Source of the DNA: a virus
Taxonomy: Duplodnaviria > Caudoviricetes
IMG/VR virus record: IMGVR_UViG_2595698754_000001
Coordinates: 3,171-67,170 of that record
Direction: 5' to 3' (one strand)
DNA: 64,000 nucleotides
How positions within the stretch are numbered: the stretch's first letter is position 1; every line of letters begins with the position of its first letter. Both the position numbers and the translations under genes were made by a program. The notes under the pieces were generated by a model that saw only the letters and a program-made list of their open reading frames with translations, was not told the origin of the DNA and searched no databases. Positions 1 to 9,815 of the stretch are shown one piece after another.

Positions 1-687
1 GCTGACAAAGCAACTATAGGTTTCCCACCACAGATAACAACCACAACCGCTGTAAGCTTTCAATTAGATGTTACAACAGGAAAATCTGGAACAAAGATTT
101 TAGTATTAAGAACTGTACCAGATAGTGTGACTTATGAAATGCACGTTGACACGTCCGGAGCGGTGCTTCCTTGGTTTACTTATGCTTCCAAGGAGCAAAT
201 GGTAACAGCAGATACAAACGTGCAATCAGCGGCTTCTCTGGATGCTACAACGAAGGCTAACACTGCTCAACAAAATGCCATAACAACAGCTACAGCAAAT
301 GCGAAAACATACACAGATAATGTTGTATGGTCTTCACGTGTTCTTAAAGCCAACACTAACGTATATCCAAACGCAAGTCAAACAGTTACCTTTGGTAAGA
401 ATATCACAAATATGCGTAATGGAATTATCCTTGTTTGGAGGTGGGATTCTTCTAACATAAACTACACCTACACTTACGTACCTAAACGACATGTAGAAGC
501 TCGTGAAGGAGTTACTGTAGGTTCAGTTATAGCATATTCAAACGATACTGTAAAGGATTATGCTGGTAACCGTACAATAGTGAAGATGGTAAGACTATAC
601 AATGACCGATTAGTAGGTCACGATAACAATGCCAATACTACAAACTGGTCAAATAGAGTACGGCTAGAGGAAGTATTAGAGTATTAA
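1..687 (+). CDS. C-terminal part of a tail fibre/receptor-binding or baseplate protein (5' truncated by window)
   Basis: Frame 1 is open from base 1 to TAA 687. Short coiled-coil (DATTKANTAQQNA..AKTYTD) followed by a beta-rich C-terminal domain typical of phage tail proteins; lies just upstream of the lysis genes. Confidence 0.6.
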   Translation, partial: ADKATIGFPPQITTTTAVSFQLDVTTGKSGTKILVLRTVPDSVTYEMHVDTSGAVLPWFTYASKEQMVTADTNVQSAASLDATTKANTAQQNAITTATANAKTYTDNVVWSSRVLKANTNVYPNASQTVTFGKNITNMRNGIILVWRWDSSNINYTYTYVPKRHVEAREGVTVGSVIAYSNDTVKDYAGNRTIVKMVRLYNDRLVGHDNNANTTNWSNRVRLEEVLEY

Positions 688-692
688 TACAG

Positions 693-1049
693 ATGGAAGT
701 GGGAGCAAGTATGCAGATAGGAGCAGTTATTTGGGGACTACAGATTACAGAATGGGTAGCATTAATTGGACTAGTTACGGGATTGTTTAGTGGGCTAGCT
801 TGGCTATTCAAGAGAATTGTAGCATCGCCATTTATGGATAGATTTGATAATCTAACTAGTAGCATGGATAACTTAGCTAGTCAATTGGAGGAAAGCAAAC
901 AAGACCGAATGAAAATACACCTCCGCATTAACAAAACCAATACTAGAGTAGATAAGATAGAAGGACGTGCAGATAAGATTGAAACACGTCTTGACTATAT
1001 CGAAGAAGATATTAAAGAAGTAAAACACACGGAGGGATACAAACGATGA
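693..1049 (+). CDS. holin-like/XhlA-like membrane protein
   Basis: N-terminal TM helix (WVALIGLVTGLFSGLAWLF) plus coiled coil; first gene of the lysis cassette. Confidence 0.55.
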   Translation: MEVGASMQIGAVIWGLQITEWVALIGLVTGLFSGLAWLFKRIVASPFMDRFDNLTSSMDNLASQLEESKQDRMKIHLRINKTNTRVDKIEGRADKIETRLDYIEEDIKEVKHTEGYKR

Positions 1050-1330
1050 ATATTAACTGGAAACTAAGATTCAAGAACTGGCGAACATGGCTATTATCCG
1101 CAGTAGCTGTTCTTACAATTGTGTGGTCTGCTGGCGGATTTCAAGTATCAGATTTAGATAGTTGGAGTTTATTGTGGAATGCCTTTTGCGAATTCCTAAG
1201 CAAGCCAGTAGCTATCATTGCGGTTATCACAGCTCTTATTGCTAACTACGTAGACCCTACAACTTCTGGATTTAGCGACAGCGAAAGAGCTTTAAATTAT
1301 ACTGAACCTCGAAAGGACGGAGATAAATAA
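1046..1330 (+). CDS. hol: holin (phi LC3 family)
   Basis: MNINWKLRFKN start, two TM segments, VDPTTSGFSDS motif; directly upstream of the endolysin. Confidence 0.9.
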   Translation: MNINWKLRFKNWRTWLLSAVAVLTIVWSAGGFQVSDLDSWSLLWNAFCEFLSKPVAIIAVITALIANYVDPTTSGFSDSERALNYTEPRKDGDK

Positions 1331-2277
1331 TGGCATTAACAGAAGCATGGCTTCTTGAAAAAGCCAATAGACGTTTAAACGAAAAAGGGATGCTTAAAGA
1401 AGTTTCAGATAAAACCCGTGCAGTAATTAAAGAGATGGCTAAACAAGGTATTTACATCAATGTTGCACAGGGCTTCCGTTCTATTGCAGAACAGAATGAA
1501 TTATATGCACAAGGCAGAACAAAGCCCGGCAATGTGGTAACAAATGCAAAGGGAGGTCAATCAAATCATAACTACGGTGTTGCTGTAGACTTATGCCAAT
1601 ACACGCAAGATGGTAAAGATGTAATCTGGGCGGTAGATGCTAAGTTTAAAAAGATTGTAGCTGCCATGAAGAAACAAGGATTCAAATGGGGTGGAGATTG
1701 GAAATCTTTTAAAGACAACCCTCATTTTGAGTTATATGATTGGGTAGGAGGAGAACGTCCTAACTCCCGCACTCCCGCTAAACCATCCAAACCATCTACA
1801 CCTGCGAAGCCTTCTGGTGAACTTGGTCTCGTAGATTACATGAACAGCAAGAAAATGGATTCCTCTTTTGCTAACCGTAAAGTACTTGCTGGAAAGTATG
1901 GCATCAAGAATTATACAGGAACCGCTTCGCAGAATACACAACTATTAGCTAAGATTAAAGCAGGTGCACCAAAACCATCTACTCCAAAACCTCCGGCTAA
2001 ACCAGCGACTTCTGGGATGTACGTATACTTCCCTGCTGGTAAAGGTACTTGGAGTGTATATCCAATAAATAAAGCACCTGTGAAAGCTAATGCAATCGGA
2101 GCAATTAACCCTTCTAAGTTTGGTGGATTGACTTACAAAGTCGAAAAGAATTACGGAGATAATGTTCTAGGAATTAAGACTGGTTCCTTTGGACATGTCA
2201 AAGTGTATTGCCACCCATCAACTGGTGTAAAAATTAGCAACAACGGAGCAGGAAATTTTCCGAATGTTCAGAATTAA
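1330..2277 (+). CDS. ply: endolysin, L-Ala-D-Glu peptidase (M15/VanY-like) with Pro/Lys linkers and C-terminal cell-wall-binding domains
   Basis: MALTEAWLLEKANR start resembles Listeria Ply500. Motifs AQGFRS, SNHNYGVAVD, WGGDW, DNPHFE; central DUF3597-like block (DSSFANRKVLA..YTGTASQN). Confidence 0.93.
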   Translation: MALTEAWLLEKANRRLNEKGMLKEVSDKTRAVIKEMAKQGIYINVAQGFRSIAEQNELYAQGRTKPGNVVTNAKGGQSNHNYGVAVDLCQYTQDGKDVIWAVDAKFKKIVAAMKKQGFKWGGDWKSFKDNPHFELYDWVGGERPNSRTPAKPSKPSTPAKPSGELGLVDYMNSKKMDSSFANRKVLAGKYGIKNYTGTASQNTQLLAKIKAGAPKPSTPKPPAKPATSGMYVYFPAGKGTWSVYPINKAPVKANAIGAINPSKFGGLTYKVEKNYGDNVLGIKTGSFGHVKVYCHPSTGVKISNNGAGNFPNVQN

Positions 2278-2280
2278 TGC

Positions 2281-2309
2281 TTGACATTACCTCTGCCTTA
2301 TGATATAAT
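2281..2309 (+). promoter_or_regulatory. sigma-A consensus promoter for the packaging/structural operon
   Basis: TTGACA-17-TATAAT with TG at -15/-14; overlaps an inverted repeat. Confidence 0.85.
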
Positions 2310-2345
2310 ATAAGGTGGAGGTTACTTTTATAAAGGAGAATACAT

Positions 2346-3689
2346 ATGAAACAGGAGAAACAAGTAGAACATATTTCATTAAATATTCATGAACGAATGT
2401 TTAACAAAGTGTACCTACCTAGTTTAGAATGGAATGACCGTACTATCATTTTTTATGGTGGAGCGGGTTCTGGTAAATCTGTTTGGGCGGTACAACGTTC
2501 TGTTATTCGCTTGATGCGAGAAAAAAGAAAGATGTTAGTAGTTAGAAAGAATACAAACTCTTTACGGGATTCTGTATTTTCAGAATTTACTAAAGCTTTA
2601 TCAACATTCAAGCTTGCTGATAGATGTAGAATTTACACTTCCCAACTTCGTATCGTTCTTCCAAATGGTTCTCAAATTCTATTTAAAGGAATTGATAACC
2701 CGGAGAAAATCAAATCTATATCTGGTATTGATGATATATTTTTGGAGGAAGCAACGGAACTTACCTTAGATGATTATACACAGCTTCAACTACGTATGCG
2801 TAATCTTGCAGGTAAACGGAGAAAAGAGGGACAGATGATTCTCTGTTATAACCCTATCTCAAAAGTTAACTGGGTATATAGATTATTTCATGACCCAACT
2901 ACAGCAGATGAACGTCCCGAAGATTTAAGGATACTACATACTACCTACAAAGATAATAAGTTCTTACCAGAAAAGTATCTTAATACTTTAGAAGAGCTTA
3001 TGAAAACAAATCCGACTTACCACCGTATCTATGCCATGGGAGACTTTGCTTCTCTCGGTGAGCTTGTCTACACCAATTGGAGAGAGTGGAAGATTCCTAA
3101 TATCCATGACCCTTATGGTATGCAAAACATTGACCCAACCGTAGACCAACTCAAACGTGCTGGATTAAAGTCTTACTTTGGTCTTGACTTTGGTTACGCC
3201 AATGATGCTACAGCGATGGTTGCTTGTATTGTAGACGAACGCAACAAGAAGATTTATATTTACGATGAATACCAAAATAATATTAAACAAAAAGAACGAA
3301 TGCTCAATGATGATATTGTTCGCAAGATAGCTGAGAAAGGTTGGGCTAAAGAGAAAATAGTAGCAGATAGTTCTGAGCCTAAATCTATTGAAGAGATTCG
3401 CCGTAAAGGTATATGGAGAATCAAAGCAGCTCGTAAAGGTAAAGATTCAATTGTACATGGTATTCAATTTGTGCAAGGATTCGAAATTATTGTCCACCCT
3501 CGATGTACTCACATTAGAGAAGAACTTGAAAACTATGCTTGGCAGAAAGACAAACAAAACCCAAACGAATATATAAACAAACCTATTGACGAATACAATC
3601 ACGGCTTAGATGCCTTGCGTTATGCGTTGGAAGAAGTAATCCCACGTAATAGAGCACGGACTATACCTAAGTCGGCACTTGGATTCTAA
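2346..3689 (+). CDS. terL: terminase large subunit (PBSX/SPP1-like)
   Basis: Walker A GGAGSGKS, Walker B IFLEEA, YNP coupling motif, GLDFGY and NHGLDALRY nuclease motifs. Confidence 0.96.
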   Translation: MKQEKQVEHISLNIHERMFNKVYLPSLEWNDRTIIFYGGAGSGKSVWAVQRSVIRLMREKRKMLVVRKNTNSLRDSVFSEFTKALSTFKLADRCRIYTSQLRIVLPNGSQILFKGIDNPEKIKSISGIDDIFLEEATELTLDDYTQLQLRMRNLAGKRRKEGQMILCYNPISKVNWVYRLFHDPTTADERPEDLRILHTTYKDNKFLPEKYLNTLEELMKTNPTYHRIYAMGDFASLGELVYTNWREWKIPNIHDPYGMQNIDPTVDQLKRAGLKSYFGLDFGYANDATAMVACIVDERNKKIYIYDEYQNNIKQKERMLNDDIVRKIAEKGWAKEKIVADSSEPKSIEEIRRKGIWRIKAARKGKDSIVHGIQFVQGFEIIVHPRCTHIREELENYAWQKDKQNPNEYINKPIDEYNHGLDALRYALEEVIPRNRARTIPKSALGF

Positions 3690-3721
3690 TCAGTAAGTTC
3701 ATGTTTAATGGAGGAATTTAA

Positions 3722-5371
3722 ATGGTAAAAGCAGGAGAAAGAGACGAACAAATACTTGCAGAAATGGAGTTTCGTATGGCTAATAATGGTGTAAACATTC
3801 CAACAGATTCTCAGCCTACTGACTATGTTCCGCGGGGTTCACGAGTTAACACAGTAGTATTTAATAGAAAGTTTATTGCAGATGAAGAGCCTAATATTGC
3901 AGGCGTACTTCTTCTAATTCAACGGCATTCTCAACGTAAGTTCATCTACAAATATCTGCACGATTACTATATTGGTAACCACGATATTTTAAAGAGAACT
4001 TTCAATGATAAGTTGAAACCAAATAATAAACTTGTACATAACTATCCTAAACTGATTGTAGAGACTGCTAACTCGTACTTTACTGGTAATGCAATTACAT
4101 ACGCCAAAGCGAGTGACAACACCATCAAACAAGTTACAGATGTTATGAACGCTAATAATTCTACTGATGTTGATTCTGAGTTAGGTAAATTAGTATCTAT
4201 CTATGGACACGCTTTTGAGATTCATTGGACAGATAAGAACGCCAACCATAGATTCAAATATGAAGCTCCCTCAAACGCTTTTATCGTATATGATTCTACA
4301 TTAGATGAGAACAAACTGTGTGGCGTTGTATATAACGATTATACGGATGCTATCTCTTCAGAGAAGCGAAGAAGTGTTACTGTATACTATCCAGACCGCA
4401 TTCTACAATTCAAAGTTTCACTTGGTGGCGGGGATGCTTCTGTATCAGAAGAGAATGCAACGGGCGAAGAAGAGTCATCTAATAATCTAATCTACAATGA
4501 GAAAGTAACTCCTCACTATTTTGGAGAAGTTCCTATGATTGAGTACTTAGCTAACGATGAACGTCTTGGCGATTTCGAAACAGTTATTGGACTTGTTGAT
4601 GCACTTAACTTAGTTGTGTGTGATAGTGTAAATGATGTCTCTTACTGGAATGATGCTTACCTTATGTTAACAGGTATGGATGGTACTAATAGTGAAGATG
4701 TCCGCTCCATGAAACAAAACCGTGTAATGGTTCTAGTGGAAGGCGGAGATGCTAAGTTTATTACTAAGCAAACCCCTGACAAACACTTAGAGAACATCAA
4801 GAATCGTTTAACAAAAGAAATCATGGAACAATCTTTCACACCTGATACTAATGGAATGCAAACTGCTAATAACCTTTCTGGTGTTGCCATCAAATATGCC
4901 TTGAATAATCTTGAGATTAAAACATCAGCTAAACAACGTAAGTTTGAGATTGGACTTCATGAACGTATTAACTTAATAGCTACCTTAATTGCAGTTAAAT
5001 CATCAGCTCTTAAAGATGCTAAAGATATGTCACCAGTATTTACTCGTTGCTTACCTGCTTCTCTTGCAGAACTTGCCGATACTTCTGTTAAGTTCCGTGG
5101 ACTTGTTTCTAATGAAACTCTGTTACATCAAATTCCTTTCGTTACAGATGTTAAGAAAGAAATGAAACAGGTTGCAATTGAGAAACAAGAAGAGATTGCT
5201 CTTGTAGCAGAAACTTCTGTAGCAGAAAACGCAGCAACTACTATGACTGCTTCGAACGTTCCAGCAAATGATAATTCCGATGGACGTGCCAAACAAGGAA
5301 TTACTACTAATGCACAAGGAACAAACGTTCAAGATTCAGCGACACAAGAAAAACAAAGACAAGCGAGGTAA
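3722..5371 (+). CDS. portal protein (SPP1 gp6-like)
   Basis: YYIGNHDIL, NNKLVHNYPKLIV, LSGVAIKY motifs; follows terL. Confidence 0.93.
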   Translation: MVKAGERDEQILAEMEFRMANNGVNIPTDSQPTDYVPRGSRVNTVVFNRKFIADEEPNIAGVLLLIQRHSQRKFIYKYLHDYYIGNHDILKRTFNDKLKPNNKLVHNYPKLIVETANSYFTGNAITYAKASDNTIKQVTDVMNANNSTDVDSELGKLVSIYGHAFEIHWTDKNANHRFKYEAPSNAFIVYDSTLDENKLCGVVYNDYTDAISSEKRRSVTVYYPDRILQFKVSLGGGDASVSEENATGEEESSNNLIYNEKVTPHYFGEVPMIEYLANDERLGDFETVIGLVDALNLVVCDSVNDVSYWNDAYLMLTGMDGTNSEDVRSMKQNRVMVLVEGGDAKFITKQTPDKHLENIKNRLTKEIMEQSFTPDTNGMQTANNLSGVAIKYALNNLEIKTSAKQRKFEIGLHERINLIATLIAVKSSALKDAKDMSPVFTRCLPASLAELADTSVKFRGLVSNETLLHQIPFVTDVKKEMKQVAIEKQEEIALVAETSVAENAATTMTASNVPANDNSDGRAKQGITTNAQGTNVQDSATQEKQRQAR

Positions 5372-5377
5372 TGCTAG

Positions 5378-6163
5378 ATGGCAAAAGTTACTCCACAAAA
5401 AGAAGCTCAATATGCTAACATGATGTTTGATGCGATGTCTCAGATTGAGGAAGTAGATGGAGAGCTATCAGTAGACCTTCAACGTGTTTTGGATGAGGTA
5501 TTAACTTACCTCTCCAAGGCATACGATGAAAACGGAGAAGTTAATAATAATTATATCAATTCTTTTGAAGGTATGCAAGCTTTTTATTTGATAAATAGAT
5601 TGTTGCAGAACATAGTTATTAAGTATCAAAATGATGTAAAGATTTCCCAAGATGATGCGATTAGAAAAATATTCAGAAAAATGCGACAAAATTGGTATCA
5701 AGCTGTATCTATGGGGGAAGAAAAATTATCTAACACTTTGGACTCATTCGAGAACAAGGCGGTAGACCATTCTAACAAACTAAATGTAATTATAGCAGCT
5801 CTTATTATTACTATAACACGTTTACTACACCGTAGCTTATCTCAAGGATATTCCGAAGAAGAAGCAAGAGAAGAAGCACTAAAAGCTTTTTCCCAAGCTG
5901 AGTACCAAGCTAAGAGAGAAATAAGAACTAGCACAGCAAAAGCAGTAAACCAATCTATCTATGACGAAGGTACTGCAAACAGTGTTATGTATTATCAATA
6001 TACGACAGCCCCGGAGTTATCTAAGAATGCACCATGTAAGCATTGTAGACAACTTGAAAACGGAGGGATTAACGGAGACGGAATCTATGATAAAGATAGT
6101 GTTCCAGTTATCCCCGTACATCCTTTTTGTCGTTGTACTATAGTACCTGTTTATAGTATGTAA
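5378..6163 (+). CDS. minor head morphogenesis protein (SPP1 gp7/Mu gpF-like)
   Basis: CKHC ... PVHPFCRC motif; position after portal. Confidence 0.85.
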   Translation: MAKVTPQKEAQYANMMFDAMSQIEEVDGELSVDLQRVLDEVLTYLSKAYDENGEVNNNYINSFEGMQAFYLINRLLQNIVIKYQNDVKISQDDAIRKIFRKMRQNWYQAVSMGEEKLSNTLDSFENKAVDHSNKLNVIIAALIITITRLLHRSLSQGYSEEEAREEALKAFSQAEYQAKREIRTSTAKAVNQSIYDEGTANSVMYYQYTTAPELSKNAPCKHCRQLENGGINGDGIYDKDSVPVIPVHPFCRCTIVPVYSM

Positions 6164-6232
6164 AACCAACACAGGAAAATATATCTAAACTTTGGAGGAC
6201 ATCGGACTCTAAAGGTGAGAGGGGAAAAAGAA

Positions 6233-6874
6233 ATGCCTATCGAAGACCAATTATCTTTTGCAGAATTGCAAGAACACCTAAAACAAAATACAGAGCTTGA
6301 AGCGGATTTACGAGGTGCGTTCTTTAATAAGGACACTGTAAATGAATACCTTCAAACAGAGAATGGTAAAAATTTAATCGCACCTATCATTGATTCAAAA
6401 GTTACTAAAGGTATTGAGACTTGGAAAACAAATAACCTCGAAACTATTATTAGCGAGGAAGTAGCCAAAGCCAATCCGTCTGAAACTGCTGAACAAAAAC
6501 GCATTCGAGAACTGGAATTGAAATATGAACGTGCAGAGCAACGTGCTCAACAAGAAGTTATGCGAACTCACGCAGTGCGTGAATTATCCAAACGTGAGCT
6601 TTCTCCTACGTTAGCCGACTTTGTTATTGCCGATTCGACCGAAGCCGTTAATCAACGGGTATCTGATTTACAGAACGAGGTTATCGCATTGGTTCAACAA
6701 CGAGTTGACACTAAATTAAAAGGTGCTTATTCATCCCCTGCTGGTGGTGGTTCTAACGATAGTGGTGTGTCTGATGACTCTCTCACAAAAGAAGCGTTAG
6801 AAAAAATGTCTCTTGAAGAGCAACTTTCTTTATATGAGCGTAATCCAGAATTATATACTGCACTTCAAGGATAA
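6233..6874 (+). CDS. capsid scaffolding protein (DUF4355-like)
   Basis: Helical, acidic, precedes MCP; ATG at 6233 follows a GAGGGG RBS. Confidence 0.8.
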   Translation: MPIEDQLSFAELQEHLKQNTELEADLRGAFFNKDTVNEYLQTENGKNLIAPIIDSKVTKGIETWKTNNLETIISEEVAKANPSETAEQKRIRELELKYERAEQRAQQEVMRTHAVRELSKRELSPTLADFVIADSTEAVNQRVSDLQNEVIALVQQRVDTKLKGAYSSPAGGGSNDSGVSDDSLTKEALEKMSLEEQLSLYERNPELYTALQG

Positions 6875-6904
6875 AAAATACAATGACAAAGGAGTCAATT
6901 ATTA

Positions 6905-7810
6905 ATGGCTAATTCACCTTACCAACCACTGACAATGTTACAAAATATGTTTGTACCACAAGTTGTCGGTCCATACCTTGCAAAGAAAATGTACGAGTAT
7001 ATTCGCTTTGCACCACTAGCTACAACATTCAATCAATTACAAGGTTCTGTAGGGGATACAATCACTCTTCCTAACTGGAACAAAATTGGTAAAGCAGAAG
7101 TTGTTGCAGAAGGTCAAACTTCTAATATTGACACTATTAACCAATCTCAAATCTCTGTAACAGTTAAAAAAGCTGTTAAAGCTGTAGCTATCTCAGACGA
7201 ACTAGAACTAGCTTCCGCAGGTAACCCTGTTAATGAAATTGTTGACCAAATCGCAATGGCTTTAGCTCAAAAAGTAGATGATGATTTAATTGCTATTGCT
7301 CGTTCTGCTAAAAAAGCTGTAGACCCTTCAACTGGAGCGGCTCTTACTGTAGATGCAATCAACAAAATTCCTTTAGCTTTAGCTAACTTTGGTGAAACTC
7401 TTTACGAAGATGCTACATATCTTTTAGTAAGCACTAACAGTTATGCTTTGTTCGTTTCTGATGATAAGTTTGTTCCTATCATTAATCAAGGTTCTATCAT
7501 CATCAATGGTACTATCGGTACTCTTTATGGATGTACTGTAGTTCTTTCTGATAAAGTACAAGACGGTGAGTTCTTCTTCATTAAAGCTGGTGCTCTTGGT
7601 ATTGCTCTTAAACAAGATACACGTATTCTTACTGAATATGATTTACTTTCTCACACTACATTAATCAGTGGTGACCGCCACTATGCTACATTTATGGCTG
7701 ATGAAGATAAAATTGTTTATGTAGGTGCAGGCACTGCTGTTCCAGCGGCTCCAACTATTGCGACTCCTGCTACAACTGCTTCTTCTGTTACAATTACTTT
7801 ACCTGCCTAA
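6905..7810 (+). CDS. major capsid protein (HK97 fold)
   Basis: GDTITLPNW, KAVAISDE, ALAQKVDDD motifs; strong RBS; position in the head operon. Confidence 0.92.
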   Translation: MANSPYQPLTMLQNMFVPQVVGPYLAKKMYEYIRFAPLATTFNQLQGSVGDTITLPNWNKIGKAEVVAEGQTSNIDTINQSQISVTVKKAVKAVAISDELELASAGNPVNEIVDQIAMALAQKVDDDLIAIARSAKKAVDPSTGAALTVDAINKIPLALANFGETLYEDATYLLVSTNSYALFVSDDKFVPIINQGSIIINGTIGTLYGCTVVLSDKVQDGEFFFIKAGALGIALKQDTRILTEYDLLSHTTLISGDRHYATFMADEDKIVYVGAGTAVPAAPTIATPATTASSVTITLPA

Positions 7811-7850
7811 TAAAGACTAAGCCCAGCTTCGGCTGGGTTATAAGTCTATT
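7811..7850 (+). other. strong UUCG hairpin after the MCP stop (atypical terminator or processing site)
   Basis: GCCCAGC-TTCG-GCTGGGT stem with AGAC/GTCT extension; no poly-U tail. Confidence 0.6.
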
Positions 7851-7875
7851 ATAATCGAATCGGAGGAATAAATCA

Positions 7876-8073
7876 ATGGCTGTAGAAAAGAAATATGATA
7901 TAAAGAAAAATGGTAACATTATCGAAACGTTCCATGCTTCAGGTGACTTTGTGGATAATGATGTATTACCAAAAACAAACTACCAATACCAAGTACGTGT
8001 GCGTGAGGTAGACTCTGGTGTAGTAAAATCTACCTCTGAGTGGACTGCTCCTATTAACGTCAAAACTAAGTAA
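7876..8073 (+). CDS. small head decoration protein, N-terminally incomplete FN3 domain
   Basis: YDIKKNG..FVDNDVLPKTNYQYQVRV..SEWTAPINVKT matches FN3 strands C-G; has its own GGAGG RBS. Confidence 0.7.
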   Translation: MAVEKKYDIKKNGNIIETFHASGDFVDNDVLPKTNYQYQVRVREVDSGVVKSTSEWTAPINVKTK

Positions 8074-8086
8074 GGGGAATTAGTAA

Positions 8087-8965
8087 ATGCCAACCGTTAA
8101 GAAATATGATATTAAACGTAACGGCAATGTGGTAGCTACATATGTTCCCGCTGGAAATTGGAGAGATGATAATCTTCTTCCTAATACTAACTACCAGTAT
8201 TTAGTTAGATGTCATGAAGTTACAACTACTGGTAGTGACGTCAGTATTAAAACAAGTGATTGGACAAACCCAATTAACGTTAAAACACTGGTATCTGATA
8301 CTAGTATTCATCCACCTGCTCCTATTAATGTTAATGTAACAGATTTAGAATCTGATTCTTTCACTATTGATTGGGGTAATGGAGGATTTAATGCTAAAAC
8401 GTATGTTGTTCGTTTAGGCATTAATGGAGATGGATTGCCAGATAATAATGTTTTTGTAACTACAACTAATAGCTTTACAGCTACTGAGGATGTAGTAGTA
8501 GCATTAGCTCCATTCGCTGGTAAGAAAATTGACGTATGTGTAGCACAATTTGCGGGAGTTTACGCGGATGCCACTTCTGCTTTAGAAAGTGCAGAATACA
8601 ATGAAGTAACTGCATGGTCTAACCTAGTTACTGTAGATGTTCCATCTGCAAGTCCTTCAATGTTACGTTCTTCTAGTAATAAAGAAATTGTTAGCTTAAC
8701 TGTTTCTCCTAAAACGTCTTCTAAATCTTCTTCTGGTGCATTAACTGGTAGCTTTACAGTTGCAGTAGACCCTACAGATGCTACAGAAGCTTTTGAAGTT
8801 AAGGTTACAGATAAAGATGGTGCTGATTCTAGCGCTATAAAAGCTATTATCGATGGCTTAAAAGTTAACTATACTGGAACAGACGTGCCAGCAGGTAAAT
8901 ATATATTAACAGTATCCAATACTGATGGTTCTATTACTGCCACTCACACTGTCACAGTATCTTAA
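8087..8965 (+). CDS. decoration protein with incomplete FN3, complete FN3 and Ig-like domains
   Basis: N-terminus is a paralog of 7876-8073; then PPAPINVNVTDLESDSFTIDW (FN3) and a C-terminal Big-like domain. Confidence 0.7.
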   Translation: MPTVKKYDIKRNGNVVATYVPAGNWRDDNLLPNTNYQYLVRCHEVTTTGSDVSIKTSDWTNPINVKTLVSDTSIHPPAPINVNVTDLESDSFTIDWGNGGFNAKTYVVRLGINGDGLPDNNVFVTTTNSFTATEDVVVALAPFAGKKIDVCVAQFAGVYADATSALESAEYNEVTAWSNLVTVDVPSASPSMLRSSSNKEIVSLTVSPKTSSKSSSGALTGSFTVAVDPTDATEAFEVKVTDKDGADSSAIKAIIDGLKVNYTGTDVPAGKYILTVSNTDGSITATHTVTVS

Positions 8966-8982
8966 TCATAATAAGAGACTAA

Positions 8983-9020
8983 GAGAGGGAGATTGACATT
9001 TCGTCTTTCTCCCCTTTTTT
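8983..9020 (+). terminator. intrinsic terminator
   Basis: GGGAGA...TCTCCC stem followed by T7. Confidence 0.8.
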
Positions 9021-9042
9021 GTGGCAGATGGGAGGTTAGTAT

Positions 9043-9402
9043 ATGCCACCAGAGTATGCAAATATAAACATTGAAGCTATAAAAGTTATTATAGGTTTAC
9101 CCGCTGATGAGCATGACCAAGACTTGGTTTTAGCAATTCTAAAAAGCCATATTCAAAAAGTTATTTGTATCGTCCTTGGTGTTCCTTATACTGAATACCC
9201 AGAAGCGGATTTAGATTTTATTGCTGATGAGATTCTAGCTCAACGATACAACCAGCTAAACTCAGAAGGTCTTAAATTAGAGTCTACTGATATAACTAGG
9301 TTTGACTATATTGCTGACATCTATAAGAACTGGCTTCCATATCTTGAGCAGTATGGAATCAATAACCCTACTGAGGGAAAAGGAAGGTTGCGGATGCTAT
9401 GA
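9043..9402 (+). CDS. head-tail connector (gp15/gp6-like)
   Basis: Size, position and RYNQLNSEG motif. Confidence 0.75.
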   Translation: MPPEYANINIEAIKVIIGLPADEHDQDLVLAILKSHIQKVICIVLGVPYTEYPEADLDFIADEILAQRYNQLNSEGLKLESTDITRFDYIADIYKNWLPYLEQYGINNPTEGKGRLRML

Positions 9403-9815
9403 AGCGACAATATCGGTTTCAACTAGTTCGCAAAACTTCTATTCCTGATGAGACCGGTGGAGAAGGTGCTTACATCTTAGAAGTTGTTGGAACAGTTCGT
9501 GGTACGATTAGTGGTTCACAAATTATTACAAAACTTCCTATGCAAGCCACCATGTCTCAACAACACCATGTAAGGTTTCAACATAAAGAGTCACGTTACT
9601 ACGGTGTGCCTATTGATGGTCTTGTTCCTATTGATGGAGTGTGGAAGGATAGATACTACGAGTTGGTAAATGATTTATCACAAAATATGACTTGTAGTTA
9701 TGTTGGCGAGTATCGCTATCCACGTCCAAAGTTTAACACAAATCCACCAGATGTCAAGAAAGAAAATAAACTCGAAAAAGGAGTTGATACTTTTGGCACA
9801 GATGGTTGGTATTAA
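9399..9815 (+). CDS. head closure/adaptor protein
   Basis: Position in the head-tail joining cluster; PDETGG motif. Confidence 0.55.
   Translation: MKRQYRFQLVRKTSIPDETGGEGAYILEVVGTVRGTISGSQIITKLPMQATMSQQHHVRFQHKESRYYGVPIDGLVPIDGVWKDRYYELVNDLSQNMTCSYVGEYRYPRPKFNTNPPDVKKENKLEKGVDTFGTDGWY

Noticed and set aside
7795-7812. Simple +1 or -1 frameshift fusing MCP to the downstream FN3 piece
   Set aside because: No CCC-stop or slippery heptamer, and the MCP frame, which is not the frame of the next gene, ends in two stops; the spacer has further stops, so only bypass or trans-complementation remain.
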